The notes under the pieces: model-generated
What the model was told of the DNA's origin: nothing
Seen by the model: only the letters and a program-made list of their open reading frames with translations
Databases searched by the model: none
Assembly: GCF_018977255.1 (NCBI RefSeq)
Contig: NW_024704743.1
Location: forward strand, 16,246,001 to 16,310,000
Direction of reading: 5' to 3'
Length of the DNA stretch: 64,000 nucleotides
DNA from: Callorhinchus milii
Lineage: Eukaryota
Shown here: one piece after another, positions 50,173 through 62,696 of the stretch
Layout of the letters: each line of letters begins with the position of its first letter
Position numbering within the stretch: position 1 is the first letter of the stretch
Program-made: the position numbers and the translations under genes

Positions 50173-53100
50173 TTGTAATCCTTCAGTACTCTTGATCCTT
50201 TGTTATGAAACCATTGCATTGAAAAGCTACCCAGCAAGGTTTAACGCTATGATTGTGGGCACACACTTTCAATATGGAATCTGCGACACAGACAAGGTAA
50301 CTTCCACGACCTATCTGTTCAACTATAATGTGCAAGATGCTGCATCTAATTCCACTCACACCAGATGTTTGTCCCTGGCAGCAAGTTCGGAGGCTGTATA
50401 AAAACGTTGTCTCAGAACTCAACCACCAAGGTAAAAGTGACATAAATCTGCCAAAGGATAGAACTATAGAAATTTATAGCATAGAAGGCCATTCGGTCCA
50501 TCGTATCTGTGCTCACTCTCTTGAAAACCAATCTCTTGAAAACCACACCCCCTGCTCCGCTCTCATCTGATAAAAATAGTTCATTTTTTAAGATCCTTGC
50601 ACTTTATTGTGCAGACTGAGCACTGAAAAATCTTCTCCTTCATTATCCACATGTATGAACAGAAAAAAATGCTGCAAATAAAAATAACCACATATACTCA
50701 AAACTTTCATCAAATATATATAAATATATAAATATTCATGAGGAGATAGCATGTTAATCCAAGTGGCGTGAGAAGAGGTTCCTGGGATGGTTCTGGATGA
50801 GAAGGAACATTTCAAATAAAGGTTCACCAATGTCTAGTTTTATGTCCGGTTCCCAATTTCTTTGGTAACAGGGGGAGGCGAGCTCTGCGTATGTTACTAA
50901 AGAGATGATCATGCAACTAATTCTGCAGGAAGATGAAAAACAAGTTCTTGAGCAACCCAATGGATTGATAAACCACTGTAACATCTTTTTCAAGGGGTCT
51001 CAGCAGCCAGCCTCCAAACCAATTACCCTCAGACTATGTGGCTCATCGCCTGTGTTTTTTTGCAGTGGTTCATTGCCATCTCATGGCAATGCATCTCAAG
51101 AAGCTCAGTGCAAACTGGGCGTCATTCTCAACAAGGAGGAAGAGACACTGGTCAGGTATTGCTTGACTGTCATTTTGTTCTCAAACATTTGAGAGATAAT
51201 GAGGAACAGAATTGTTATTGGAACAGTTGAGGGTAAGAGGGGAGGAGTTGGTTGCTGAAAGGTCACATCCAGGGAACAATTAGTATCTTTGGTTATTGAC
51301 TGACGGCATTGACAATACCTTTCCAGTGATTTGATGATTAACACATTGCAGGTCACAATTCTCACCCTTACAGCTCCAGTGGAGAGACTGGAGACTTGTG
51401 TATTGTACTTTCAATGATCCTGCGATCGTTTCACTGATTGGTGAGGCTGCGAGTCTGTGTATGTGTGTGTGTGTATGTGTTGCGATGTAGGGGAAGGTCA
51501 GGGCAAAGACTATGTTTTGGTTACAGGTGAGAGATAGGTCAATAGTTTTCTGTTTTTGCAATCGAATTACCTTAGTGATCAACTATTCCAAGTCACTAAC
51601 ACAACAGAGGACAACCAACCAGTCCGCAGTGGAATGCAACTTGTACTTTATTTCTTCAAAATTGATAATTGCCATAAAATTTCTTCAAAGTCTTCAAAGT
51701 TATATTGCCATAAGTTGATATTTTTGCCTCATACATATGTAGCACTGACTTTTGTGACTATGCTGTATTGTTTCTTCTCTGATGATTCTTTTTATATAAT
51801 AAATAAGCTTTAGATTTTTTACCGTTTTTAATTTACTGCAGAAAATAATTATTGCCCCATCCGAAGTTGAGTGGGATTTAGTGTGATACAATGAATGTGT
51901 CGAAACGTAAGCACTTGTGTGGGATAACTTGCACGCATGGCTGATTGTGATGGCTGATTTATGGTGTGGGCCTGAGGGGGCTGCCGATGTGCAATCTACA
52001 AGCCAGCTTTCATGTCCTGTCCTTTCTCCATTGACGTCATGGGTACCTTCCCCTTGTCTGATAGTTTTAATCTATTAAAAATGATTGGTTGTTGACCACA
52101 TCCTTAAGAGCTCCTGTAATGCCCACCGTGCACACATGCTTACACATGTTTCTATCCTCATTTTTTATTATTATTACTTACAAAACTTGCTTAGGGTCCA
52201 ACTCTGCTCTGAAACACTGTCCCGCATGAAGGGTGCCACGTTAGTGCAAGTTGTTGTTACTATTTGTTAGCAAATTAGACCCCAGCATCACACAAGCTCC
52301 AGACTCTAAACCAAGAGAGGGGCACACAACAGCTCCAATGGAGTGGTACATGTCGATCAGCACCTTCACCACATAGCTGGAACATACAGGAGAGCAGCCA
52401 GACAACTCTGTTTAGTATGTCCACAACACTGTGACCTCTAGATGCTGTGCAATGACATGAGGAGATAACCCAATATTACGCCACTTGGCTGGGCACAGTT
52501 GGCAACATGGGTTAGTTTCCCAGTCTATCAGCTCACTGAACCAGTGAGGAACGAATAAGCCTGAACCACATAGTTCAGGTTTTTCAGATGACTGGGAAGC
52601 TCTGAATTCCAGTCTTTAGGGCTTAAGAACCTGATGTAAATAAGATTTTAAAGCATTATATCTGATGTAGCGTCTTTCACATCCAGAGGATGTCTCAAAG
52701 CCCTTCACAGGACCAACTGTAAATTGTAGTGACTGTAATTTTGTAGATGAACACACCAGCCAATTTGTCCACAGCAACGTCCCACAAGCAGTTATGTAGT
52801 GAATGAACCAATTGTATGTGCAGCTGATGTGCTACAATTCCAGGTGGAAACCCAGCGGAGAATCCATCCAACATTGGGTCCTCTCACAACTCAACAGACC
52901 GTTCTTAGAAGCTACAAATGGAACAGCCAAGAATAAATTTTAAGAAAAAAACCCAAATTTTAAATTCCTTAAACACTATTTATTTTGCATGCATTTTTGA
53001 AACCATTGAAGGGAACAAACTTTACTCCAAACTTGGCATTGAAATGCTTTTTTCTGCAATTTTTTCCATTTTTGTTTTTGTAATTTTGCACATAATTTTG

Positions 53101-53636
53101 CAATTCTGTTTTTCCCACAACGTTTACAGTCAATCCACTTTACAATATATTCTGTGAATCACTTTGAGACGTCTCAATGACGTGATAAGGAACTATATCA
53201 AATGCAAGGATTATTATTATTATTAATATTTTATAATCATTTCATTGAGCCAAAGAGTGTCCTCAAATTCTGCTTTTATATGCTTTATACTTGAATGAGA
53301 AAATATTTCTTCCCTTGTAAATTGGGCCTGGTTAGTTGAATAACATCTATCACTTTTTGTCAAGTCTCTTTTCTCTTCTGATGAAGGTTCTTCACTTTCT
53401 CCAATGTCAATGGAGGAAAAGAAGGCACAGCAGGTTTGCTGTCTGTTCCCCTTCTTGTTGCACCTCTTTTATTTTCTCCCCTGAGTTCCTCAAGGTGGGA
53501 GTGACTCATTCTGGTTCACCCCAACACTAGTACCAGTTCTCTGGTATATCATCCATATGGCCATTCTACATGTGTGAACTAGACTATTCTACTGTTGGGA
53601 AAGGGGAGTGGGGTAAGGAGGAAATATAGCCAAGTG

Positions 53637-53800
53637 TAATAATAATAATCCTTGCATTTCATATCACGTCTTCGAGACATCTCAAAGCGCTTCACAGAAT
53701 ATACTCTAAAGTGAATTGACAGTATATTTTGTGAGCGAAACTCAGCAGCCAATTGCGCACAGCAGTGTCCCACAGTCGTGGATTGAGTGACCAAATTATG
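53637..53800 (-). mobile_element. SINE 3' half
   Basis: Shared tail and body. Confidence 0.8.
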
Positions 53801-53868
53801 TATGAGCCACTGCTGTGTGCAAATTGGCTGCCACGTTTGCCTACGTACACACTTTAAAAACTACACTT

Positions 53869-54210
53869 ATAATAATAATAATCCTTGCATTTGATATTGC
53901 ACTTTTCATGTCTTTGAGACGTCTTAAAGCTCTTCACAGAATACACTGTAAAGTGAATTGAATGTATATTTTGTGGGCCAAATGCGATAGCTAATTGCGC
54001 ACAGCAGCATCCCACAAACAGTCGTGGATTGAAGTGACCAACTTTTAAAATTATTTTTGAAGGAATTATTACCCCTGAAAAGCAATCCACTAATCGACTA
54101 ACAACTAGGATCCTAATTACTAGAAACTTGCCCAACGTTTTGCCCTGCCGGGAATCTAACCCAAGTCTCTCGGTTGTGAGGTGAGTGCTCTAACCACCGA
54201 GTTACAGGAT
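53869..54210 (-). mobile_element. tRNA-derived SINE, long form
   Basis: Head, body with small deletion, and tail. Confidence 0.88.
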
Positions 54211-55504
54211 TGAACATTATTATTATTTTTATTATTATAACTAGACTATTCCACTGTTGGGCAAGGGGAGTGTGGAGTGAAGCGGAAACATTGCCGAATT
54301 TGATCTTGTCATTAATTCACACATGCCCACAAGTAGCACAGCAGCAGTGACTGTCTAGTGATCAGAAGCAGGAATTACAACTTAAACACTTCAAACATGA
54401 TACGTTGATAAAACTGTTGAATAAAAGCTATTGGAAGCTTATTTTTCTACTTCCTAGGACCCTATCATCCCACCTGCTCCCTCTGTTCAGTACATACTGG
54501 CCAGTTCATGTCCCTGCCCAACCTGCCCCACTATCAGTGAGTGAGCTTTCAGCCTTTTCATCTCTGCTCTCTGGAACTTAATCCCAGAGACCCTGTACCC
54601 AACCCACCCCCACCCCACCCTTCAAAATCTGCTTTTTACACCTATATTTCCAAACGTAATTTAGCCACATCTCGGGCTCCCAGTTAGCTGTGTGAAGCAC
54701 TTTGAGACATCATTTCAACATGAAGGTGCTATATAAATTTAATTGTTGTTCATAAATAGAGGCATAACTTGTATAAATCATTTGACAGCATTAGTTGGAG
54801 TTTTGTATTCAGATTAGGGCACTTTATGATATCAACAACACAGAGAGAGTGGAAATGAGATCATTTTGTTCCTTCGATGACATCTTTTGTTTTTGAGCTT
54901 ACCCCAGTGTTCGAATGCACCGAGATTAGAGAGCAAGACTGCATTTAAACTGAATCAGCAACAGCTAAGCAAATTCTCTAACATTGTGACATACAAAAAA
55001 AATCTATCCACTCAGGATTTTGTCCAAAATAATCAGTACTAGCGGTTCCAGGATGTCCATTTGATCATTAACTTTTTATCACCCACGCACACAAAATTGC
55101 TCTTCACTCTTTTTCCACTGGTACTTTCCACCCATCTTGTATTATTTCAACCCACTATTCTCTGCTTTACATCCACTATCTCATTTTAAACAAGCACAAG
55201 TTGTGCATTAGTGTATCGGTCTCATGTATTTTTGATGGCCAACAGATTCTCCAGTGCTATATCAAGCCACAGACATCAGAAAACATTTTAAACATTCAAA
55301 TGGAAACTATTTACAAATTCAGTTTTAAAAGGGCAAATGGTAAATAAATTAAGCACAAATGGCACATCAGCAGTGCATAGCTGGGTCGGTAGAATTAAAG
55401 TAGTAGCACCTTTTTTCCCCAAAAAAGTAACCTTTTTTCAGTATAAAGAATCTCCGAATAGAGGAGGTGATGGTGTTACCTGCACTTACATTCCTTTTTA
55501 CATG

Positions 55505-55890
55505 GTGTCAGCTTGGCTCAGCTGGTAGCATTTTTGTCTTTGTCAGCAACTTGAGGTTTCAAGCCACATGTTGGAACACACATGACACTTCAGTACAGTG
55601 CTGGAGGTGCGCTGCATTGTTGGAAGTGTTGTGCTTTGGATGAGATGATAAACCAAGATCCCGTCTGCCTGTTCAGGTAGACGTAAAAGATCACGTGGTA
55701 CTATTTGAAAAGTGAAGGGTGTCCTGTGTCCTGGCCAACAATCCCCCGGGTAAAATAGTGTTTTATGGCTGTTTGTGTGACATTGCTATATGCAGATTGG
55801 CTGCATTTGCCTACAAATACAGTCACTACATGTTACCGTAAATTCTGTGAAGCGCTTTGAGACATCTAATGTAAAAAGCGTTATATCTAA
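55505..55890 (+). mobile_element. Deu-domain SINE, full length
   Basis: gtgtcagcttggctcagctggtagca head; ggatgagatgataaaccaagatcccgtctgcctgttcaggtagacgtaaaagatc Deu domain; tail aagcgctttgagacatc. Confidence 0.82.
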
Positions 55891-57367
55891 TATTCTGGAT
55901 TTTAGTTCAGAAAGTGTGTTCAAAGGGTGTCTAAGCCTGTGCAAACTTGGTGGAAATGTGTTGCTATTTATTTACCTTTGGTTAGCTATTTGGGTTTGTA
56001 GGTTTTTAGTTGTCATGCAGGCTGTCAGCTAATCATTTATCTTCACCAACCTTTGTAGATCGCACATACACTGAAGCGATTTCCTATGTGCTGAGTAGTA
56101 GCATAGAAACGTGGATGACTTTATACTTTGTCAGGGTCCATGGCAAACAAACCCCAATCAAGCCCCAATATTACATGTATTTGGCTACTGGTATGCTATG
56201 CTATTTCTGTGACTGGATTCTTCCTACTGATTCTACCTGTGTAATATCCTTTGATTCCCCTGCTACCCCCCACCCTCCCTGCCCTCCCAATGTCCCAATC
56301 TCTAGCTTGGTTGCACATCCTTGACTGTCCAGCGCTTTGGGATGTTGTCCCATCATGAAAAGCTCTATATAAATGTAATTTGTTGTTGACGATTCTGGCA
56401 TAGAATGGTGGCAATGTTGGCAGCTGGCCACATTGTGCAGCACAAGGTGACTGAGCTGTGCATACTGAAGCAGTGGAATTGCACCAATAACATCAGATCA
56501 CTCATAGTCATTGTAAAAATACCATCTACAACAGACTGGTCTGTAACCACATAAAGCAAAATGGCTTCTGCAAACTGCTGGGCACATCACAACTAAAGAT
56601 CTACTTGCTGGACAATAGCAGACTGATTCTGCCAGGCACCTTGAAAGATTTAAATGGCTTTCCTAAGCCTCCTGGCATTGTGTACTTTGACCATTTTATT
56701 GTGATCATTTACCATATTTTAGCATATTCACCTTTTCCTTGCGGGAGTCTGATTTGTTGCTTTTCCTCTAAATATGATCCCTTAAAAAGCCCCATGGCAG
56801 AACACAGTCCAGGATGACATGAAAAGACGTGAGTTTCAGTTATTTAAATCTCACATTTAAAGTATTTCATCGCAGACTGATTAGCGTGTTGTGGTGCTCT
56901 GTGTGGTGGAATGTTTGACACTCTTTGCCATGTGTGCAGTTGATGAGATTTCTGCTGTAAGTGCACGGCAAAATGAAGAGGGTAGAGCCGATTCCCACAA
57001 ATAGAGACCAAAGCTACATCACATTGACACAATCTGCTCCTGGGCAGACTTCCCATGCATCAGCAGGAATCACTATTAAGGGTTCCTGTTAAAATACAGT
57101 GCAAGTTAGGTCCTCACAGACTCACACTGAGTATCCAGTCACCAAGTCCATGGCAACTCCTGTCAGCCTTATGTAGAGCAAGAACTTACATTTTTAGCAT
57201 GTCAAAGCCCATTACTGATAATTAATGTCAGCTAAAGTGATTATTCTGGTTGGCAAACACGACAGCCAGTACCACAGACAGACAAATGATCCCAGATAGA
57301 CCGATGCTCTCATGGATGGTGTCACAGACAGGCTCCCCAGTGATACACTCCTCAGTACTACCATCAG

Positions 57368-57815
57368 GTATCAGCCTGGCTTAGTTGTTCGCGCTCTCGC
57401 CTCTGAGTCAGAAAGTTGTGAGTTCAAGCCCCTTGTCGGGACTTTGAACTCACAGACTAGGGTGACATTGCATTGTCAAAGGTGCCGTCCTTTGGATGAA
57501 ACATTAAACTGAGGTGCTGTCTGCCTGTTCAGGTAGATGTTAAAGGCACTAAAAGGTCTGCCTATTGAAGTGGACGTGAAAGATCCTATGGCACTATTCG
57601 AAAAGAGAAGGAGTTTCTCCTGATGTCTTGGCCAACAATCTCAGATAAATTTGGTCATTTACTCCATGAATGTTTGTTGGACATTGCTGTGTGCAACTGG
57701 CTGCCATATTTTGCCCACAAAATACATAGTCAATTCACTTTACAGTACATCTTTTAGCTTTGAGACGTCTCAACGACGTGATAAATTGCTATATCAAATA
57801 CAGGGATTATTATTA
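57368..57815 (+). mobile_element. Deu-domain SINE, full length
   Basis: gtatcagcctggcttagttg..ctctcgcctctgagtcagaaagttgtgagttcaagcccc; aaagatcctatggcactattcg; (att)n tail. Confidence 0.82.
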
Positions 57816-58063
57816 GTTTTAATTCTGCTGACACAATCTGCCTCCCTAAGTTGTCCATTCCACAATAATCGAGTATCGCCCCGTTGAGTAATCTTGTGGG
57901 CAGTGTTTTACCATTCAACTTAATTCAGAAAAACATCCATGTAAAGTCCAGAACTCTTCACAGAATTAAAAGGTGATTGTTGCAGCTATTTGTTACAATG
58001 ATTGCTATTGATAAAACAAAATAATTTTTTTTAGTGAGGGCACTTTGATTCCTGTAAAACACT

Positions 58064-58404
58064 GAATTTCCACCTGGATCTAGATTTATTCCATTGATTT
58101 AGCATTTCAGAGCTTCCAGAAGTTGGTAAATTCTATAATAGTTACATTTGATATAGCATCCTTCAGGTCAGGAGAATGTCCCAAAACGCTTCACAGGATA
58201 TACTGTAAAGAACAGTGAATGTGTGTTTCATGGGCAAATGTGAATGCAGCCTTAATTTTAAAGCCGGTAATTCTATAAGTTCTTTACAGTAACTCCTGCA
58301 GTAAACCCAGCTTCAAAGGTAAGAATTAATTCAACAGTTTTCCTATTTCGGAACTTGCTGAAGATGCTGCATGAATAAATCTAACCTAGATGGAATTTCT
58401 CCCC
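58064..58404. mobile_element. Palindromic MITE with nested SINE tail
   Basis: gaatttccacctggatctagatttatt ... aataaatctaacctagatggaatttctcccc inverted termini. Confidence 0.7.
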
Positions 58405-58425
58405 TTGTGTTTGGCTGCCCTTTCT

Positions 58426-58789
58426 AATAATAATAATCCTTGCATTTGATATAGCGCCTTATCACATCTTCAAGACATCTCAAGGCACTTCACAGAATTT
58501 ACTGTAAAGTGAATTGACTGTGTATTTTGTGGGCGAATCGCGCCAGCCAATTGTGCACAGCAGTGTCCCAAAAACAGTCAGAGATTGAGTGATCAATATT
58601 ATAATTGTTTTTGAAAGAATTAATGCCCCGGAAAAGCGATCCACCAATCGACTAACAACTGGGTTCCTACTTATTGCTAGGTAAACAGAGGTGTGTGGAG
58701 TAACAAAACTTGCCTAAAGTTTTGCCCTGGTGGGAATTGAACCCAGGTCCTCTCGTTTGCGAGGCAAGTGCTCTAACCACTAAGCTACA
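58426..58789 (-). mobile_element. tRNA-derived SINE, long form
   Basis: Near-complete copy. Confidence 0.9.
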
Positions 58790-59529
58790 AATATTGCCCA
58801 ATGGCCCAACATATAATTGTTTATTCCACTCTGTAGACTCTTCTCGTAAAATAACCCGTAACAACTAATTGGAATGTGTTGGAATCAGGAGCTGTGAATT
58901 CAAGATTTCTTTCAAAAGCAGTCAACTGAAGGATCATAAACTAGTACTTTAATAGGACTTTAATAATACTTATGTTTAAAATTTGGTGGGGGAGAGGGGG
59001 AAGAACAACAGGACATAAACAATAAGCTGCCAGAGATTTAGCAGGAGCAGAAGCTGTTGAACGGACACTCTTTTACAGTTCCTTTTACAAGTCACATACT
59101 ATCCACCAGGCGGCTTTATGCCTTTTTCCATAATTTCAGGCATAATGCCTTTATCTCTGTGGCTTTGCAAAGCGTTTGCCTTTGAGCAATGGAAGATGTG
59201 GGATGAGGCAGCAATAGGTAAGAAACATTAAAGATCCCTGACAGTAAATGGCTATTAAAGGGCCACCTTCTGCTCATCCATACTTTACAACTGTCATGCA
59301 CCTTAGCCCAAAGACACGGTGAGCCAAAGAGATGGGGTTGAATGATAAATCAGCCACTGTTCTGCTTGACTGGTGCAGCTTCACAGTGAATTACTACCAT
59401 AGCGCAGCCATATTTTATCATTTATTGCATTTCAGGTAACCTTCAGTCTCAATGTGTACTTCCTCAGAAAGCACACATCATCCCAACATTAACATACATT
59501 GGCTGGCGCCATCTGGTTGTTCTTGATAA

Positions 59530-59915
59530 TTTGTTTTGATCAGCCGAGTGCAGAAACCCATCACCATACTTAAGATGTGCAAACCAGACTGAGAGTTCCA
59601 CATGTGTATCTAGATATGTATACCTAAAAATGGAATTTCCCTATATCTGGAATGGACTAAACGTTCTCTTCCTGGAGGGATGCACCCTGCTTACCTAATT
59701 CCGGAGAGTATGAGGCATATATTGGTCAGAGCTACTCTCGCAGGCCCCAGAGGGCACATTGGTACACTGCTGGAATGTAATCATAGTTTGCTAACAAAAT
59801 CATTGTCTAGCAAGCTTTACACTGCTTGTCCAGCTCGGCCCACCCTACCCAATAAAACATTGGCTTGTAAAGTCAACAGAAGCTAAGTGGGAAGAATCCC
59901 TGCTCCTGGTGACCA
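59530..59915 (-). mobile_element. Family X repeat, long copy
   Basis: ttttgatcagccgagtgcagaaacccatcaccatacttaag...aaaccagactgagagttccaca. Confidence 0.75.
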
Positions 59916-60263
59916 GTCTGTCCCTCCTAGTCCTCCGGATGAGCCAGGCTGACTGATGCTCTTCAATCTCGGCTAAAAGTTAAAATAAAGGACATATCTA
60001 GGATCAAAGTGTATGATTGGAACTAGCAGGAAAGTCTTAGGATTACTATTGTGAACTCGGTGGAAGTCAGAATTAATATTAGTAGAAAGTCTGACTAGTA
60101 TTCTAGAGGGTTACCACATGTTTGGGATGAAGTGTTTACCAATGGTGTGCAAATCTCGTGACTTTTGACCTCAATGACAAAACCATTGCTCTCCCTAGTC
60201 CTTGCAGGCTCCATTGGTTCCCTGTTACAGAATGGGTTGATTTTAAGATCCTCACACTCACTT

Positions 60264-60735
60264 ACAACACCAACAACAACAAATTACATTTGTATAGCGC
60301 CTTTCATATTGGGAGGATGTCCCAAGGTGTTGGACAGTCCAGGATTTGACCCGAGCAGGGATTGGGATTAGGAGGATGGAGGGCAAGGATGGTGAGGGTA
60401 GGAGGGTGGCTGAAGGTGCAGTCGAGGGAGGAAGGTCTTGACATACCTTGAAGGAGGCAAGGGAGGGGTTGAGGTGGAAGGACTGTGGGATGGAGTCCAA
60501 ACAGTGGGGGAAGAAAGGCTGAAGGCCTGACTGCCGATGCTGGATTGGGTCTGGCGGGGGAAGTGGAGCAAGCCGGAGCCTGCTGAGCAGAGGGAGAGGA
60601 TAGGTTGATATGGAGTTAGCAGGTCACAAAGGTAAGGATGAGGATTTTGTACTTTGAAAGCGAGGATGAGGATTTTGAACTCTATCCTCTGGGGGAGAGC
60701 CAGTGAAGCCGGGCAAGGAAGGACCCAGCTCAACT
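60264..60735 (-). mobile_element. L2 LINE 3' end
   Basis: LPQRIEFKILILAFK...YLCDLLTPYQP; tail gggacatcctcccaatatgaaaggcgctatacaaatgtaa(ttg)n. Confidence 0.88.
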
Positions 60736-62240
60736 GACTCCAGAATGCAATCCCTCCCTCTCTGCCGCAAGATATAATTCATCAAGTGTAAGAGTGGTAA
60801 CATAATTGCTCGTGAAGATTGTGACTGCAATGGCAAGGATTCCTTTGCAATGTCTGCACTATCTACACTGCTTGATCAATTTAATAATAATAATAATAAT
60901 AATACTTGTATTTGATATAGCACCTTATCACGTTGTTGAGCTGTCTTGGTGCTATACTGTAAAGTGGATTGAACTGTATATTTTGTAGGAGAAACAAGCC
61001 CCTTGGGTCATCCTCCTGACGTGAAAGGCACTATACAAATGTATTTTTTGAATATATTTTGATATATTAATGCAGTCATGCACAGCCTAAAATCAAGGAG
61101 GAAAAAGCCTCTACCAAAACATGTGGTGTTTTGCTGAATCAACAGCTTCTTACCTCGCTGCTGATCCACTTTAACCCTGCTCAGTTCATTTCCATTACCT
61201 TAGTGCTCTGAGTTGATGCCACCAGTCAGGCACTGTGTGAGACACCATTACGTTGTGATGCAAATGCCAATGTATTCAATAAAATCAGTGTACAGTAATT
61301 CACCTTTTTTTATCCTGTCCAAAAGCAGTGAAGTGTTTAATGGAAAAAACGCTGACTTCTTTTTCTTTGGGGGGGATGGTGCGGGGGTGGAGGGGAGAGG
61401 GAGCTCCAGGTTGACTCGCGGAAACTTTCTATGAAGTGGTAGCAGGTCGTTGCGGTGTAAATATCTCTGCCCTGGTGGTGGAGCAGTCTGTCAAACTGAG
61501 CTTCTGATATTGATGGAAGTAAAAGATTGTCTTCTGTAAGGCACCTTGACATTTAGTAGTCCAGCTGTGTAACACTTTTTGAATAGTAACCTAACCAGTC
61601 ATCTCGACAGAACGAAGATAACAGACCTTACAGGTGACACAAGCAGTTGCATTCTAAAGTTGCCCTTTAATATTGGTCTTCTATCTCGATTGCCTTGTGC
61701 TGTATCCCAACCTCCTCAGCTGAAAAGTCTGGAGTAACTGAAGCCATAGATTATTGCCACATTATTATCATTATTATTACATAGATTATTGCCTGTTAAC
61801 ATGGGAAAAACCCTGCACACAGGAAGTGGGTTGATTGGCTGAAAGCCGGCAAAGTTCAATTCTCTATCGTGCCTCACGTCAAAGCAGTTTGGGATAATAT
61901 GGATCCTAAACATTATGTTACAGTGTGGCTCACTGTACTTTGTGGATTATCTGGCCAGACAGCGATGGACAGGTCTGTCTGAGAGAATATCAAGGCTGGG
62001 TTGGAAATGGAGGCTGAACATCACTTTGGCACCTATGTTTTGCAGTGCTGTCATTCTGCTTTATTAATTATACTGGACACAACAAATTGGTTTATCATCG
62101 ATAAAGCAAAAAAAAAGCATCTTAACTTCACAAAGCCAGTGCACATCCAAAACAAATATCATACCTGACCATAAATGTCCCTCAGTATATCTGAGAAACA
62201 CAACTTACATTTATAGAGCTGGTAGTTCAATAGTGTAGTT

Positions 62241-62429
62241 CAGGGGTCTCCAACCTGTCAATCGCAATCAACTACTCGGAGTATGAAGAAGTGGCCCTCC
62301 AAACACCCCCACCAATCCAGGTAAGTCCGCACCAAAGTTCCAACAGCTACTGAGCTGCGATACCCTTGACATGGCCATTAATAAATAAAAATGTATTTGT
62401 TGGCCCACCATGTAGGTTGGTGACCACTG
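62241..62429. mobile_element. hAT-family (Charlie-like) MITE, 189 bp
   Basis: TIRs caggggtctccaacct / aggttggtgaccactg; 8-bp flanks gtgtagtt and gcgcaatt differ only by transitions, consistent with a decayed 8-bp TSD. Confidence 0.75.
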
Positions 62430-62696
62430 GCGCAATTTGACCCTGAGCTGCGGGGAAAGGGGAAGTGACTGTAGGCACAATTGAAGTGGAAAGTTTTCAG
62501 ATGCAAATAACAGGCAAGGCAGAGGGATTCAGACAAAGGATAAGGTCATAAGTGGCTGAAGCCTGATGGTGGAGCAGAGGGGTCAAGGGACGCGTAGAAG
62601 GCCTGAGCTGGCCAAGCAAAGTGGCATTGGAGAGGAGTATTGTATGTGCAGATTGGAGGGGTAGGTAGATGCTTTGTAAGTGATTGGTAAGTGATT

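Noticed and set aside
51190..51260. IGTVEGKRGG, resembling an RTE LINE C-terminus
   Set aside because: Too short and degenerate to call without an HMM search.
2281..59915. Orientation bias of family X (7 of 9 copies sense to POU6F2)
   Set aside because: The sample is too small to distinguish from chance.
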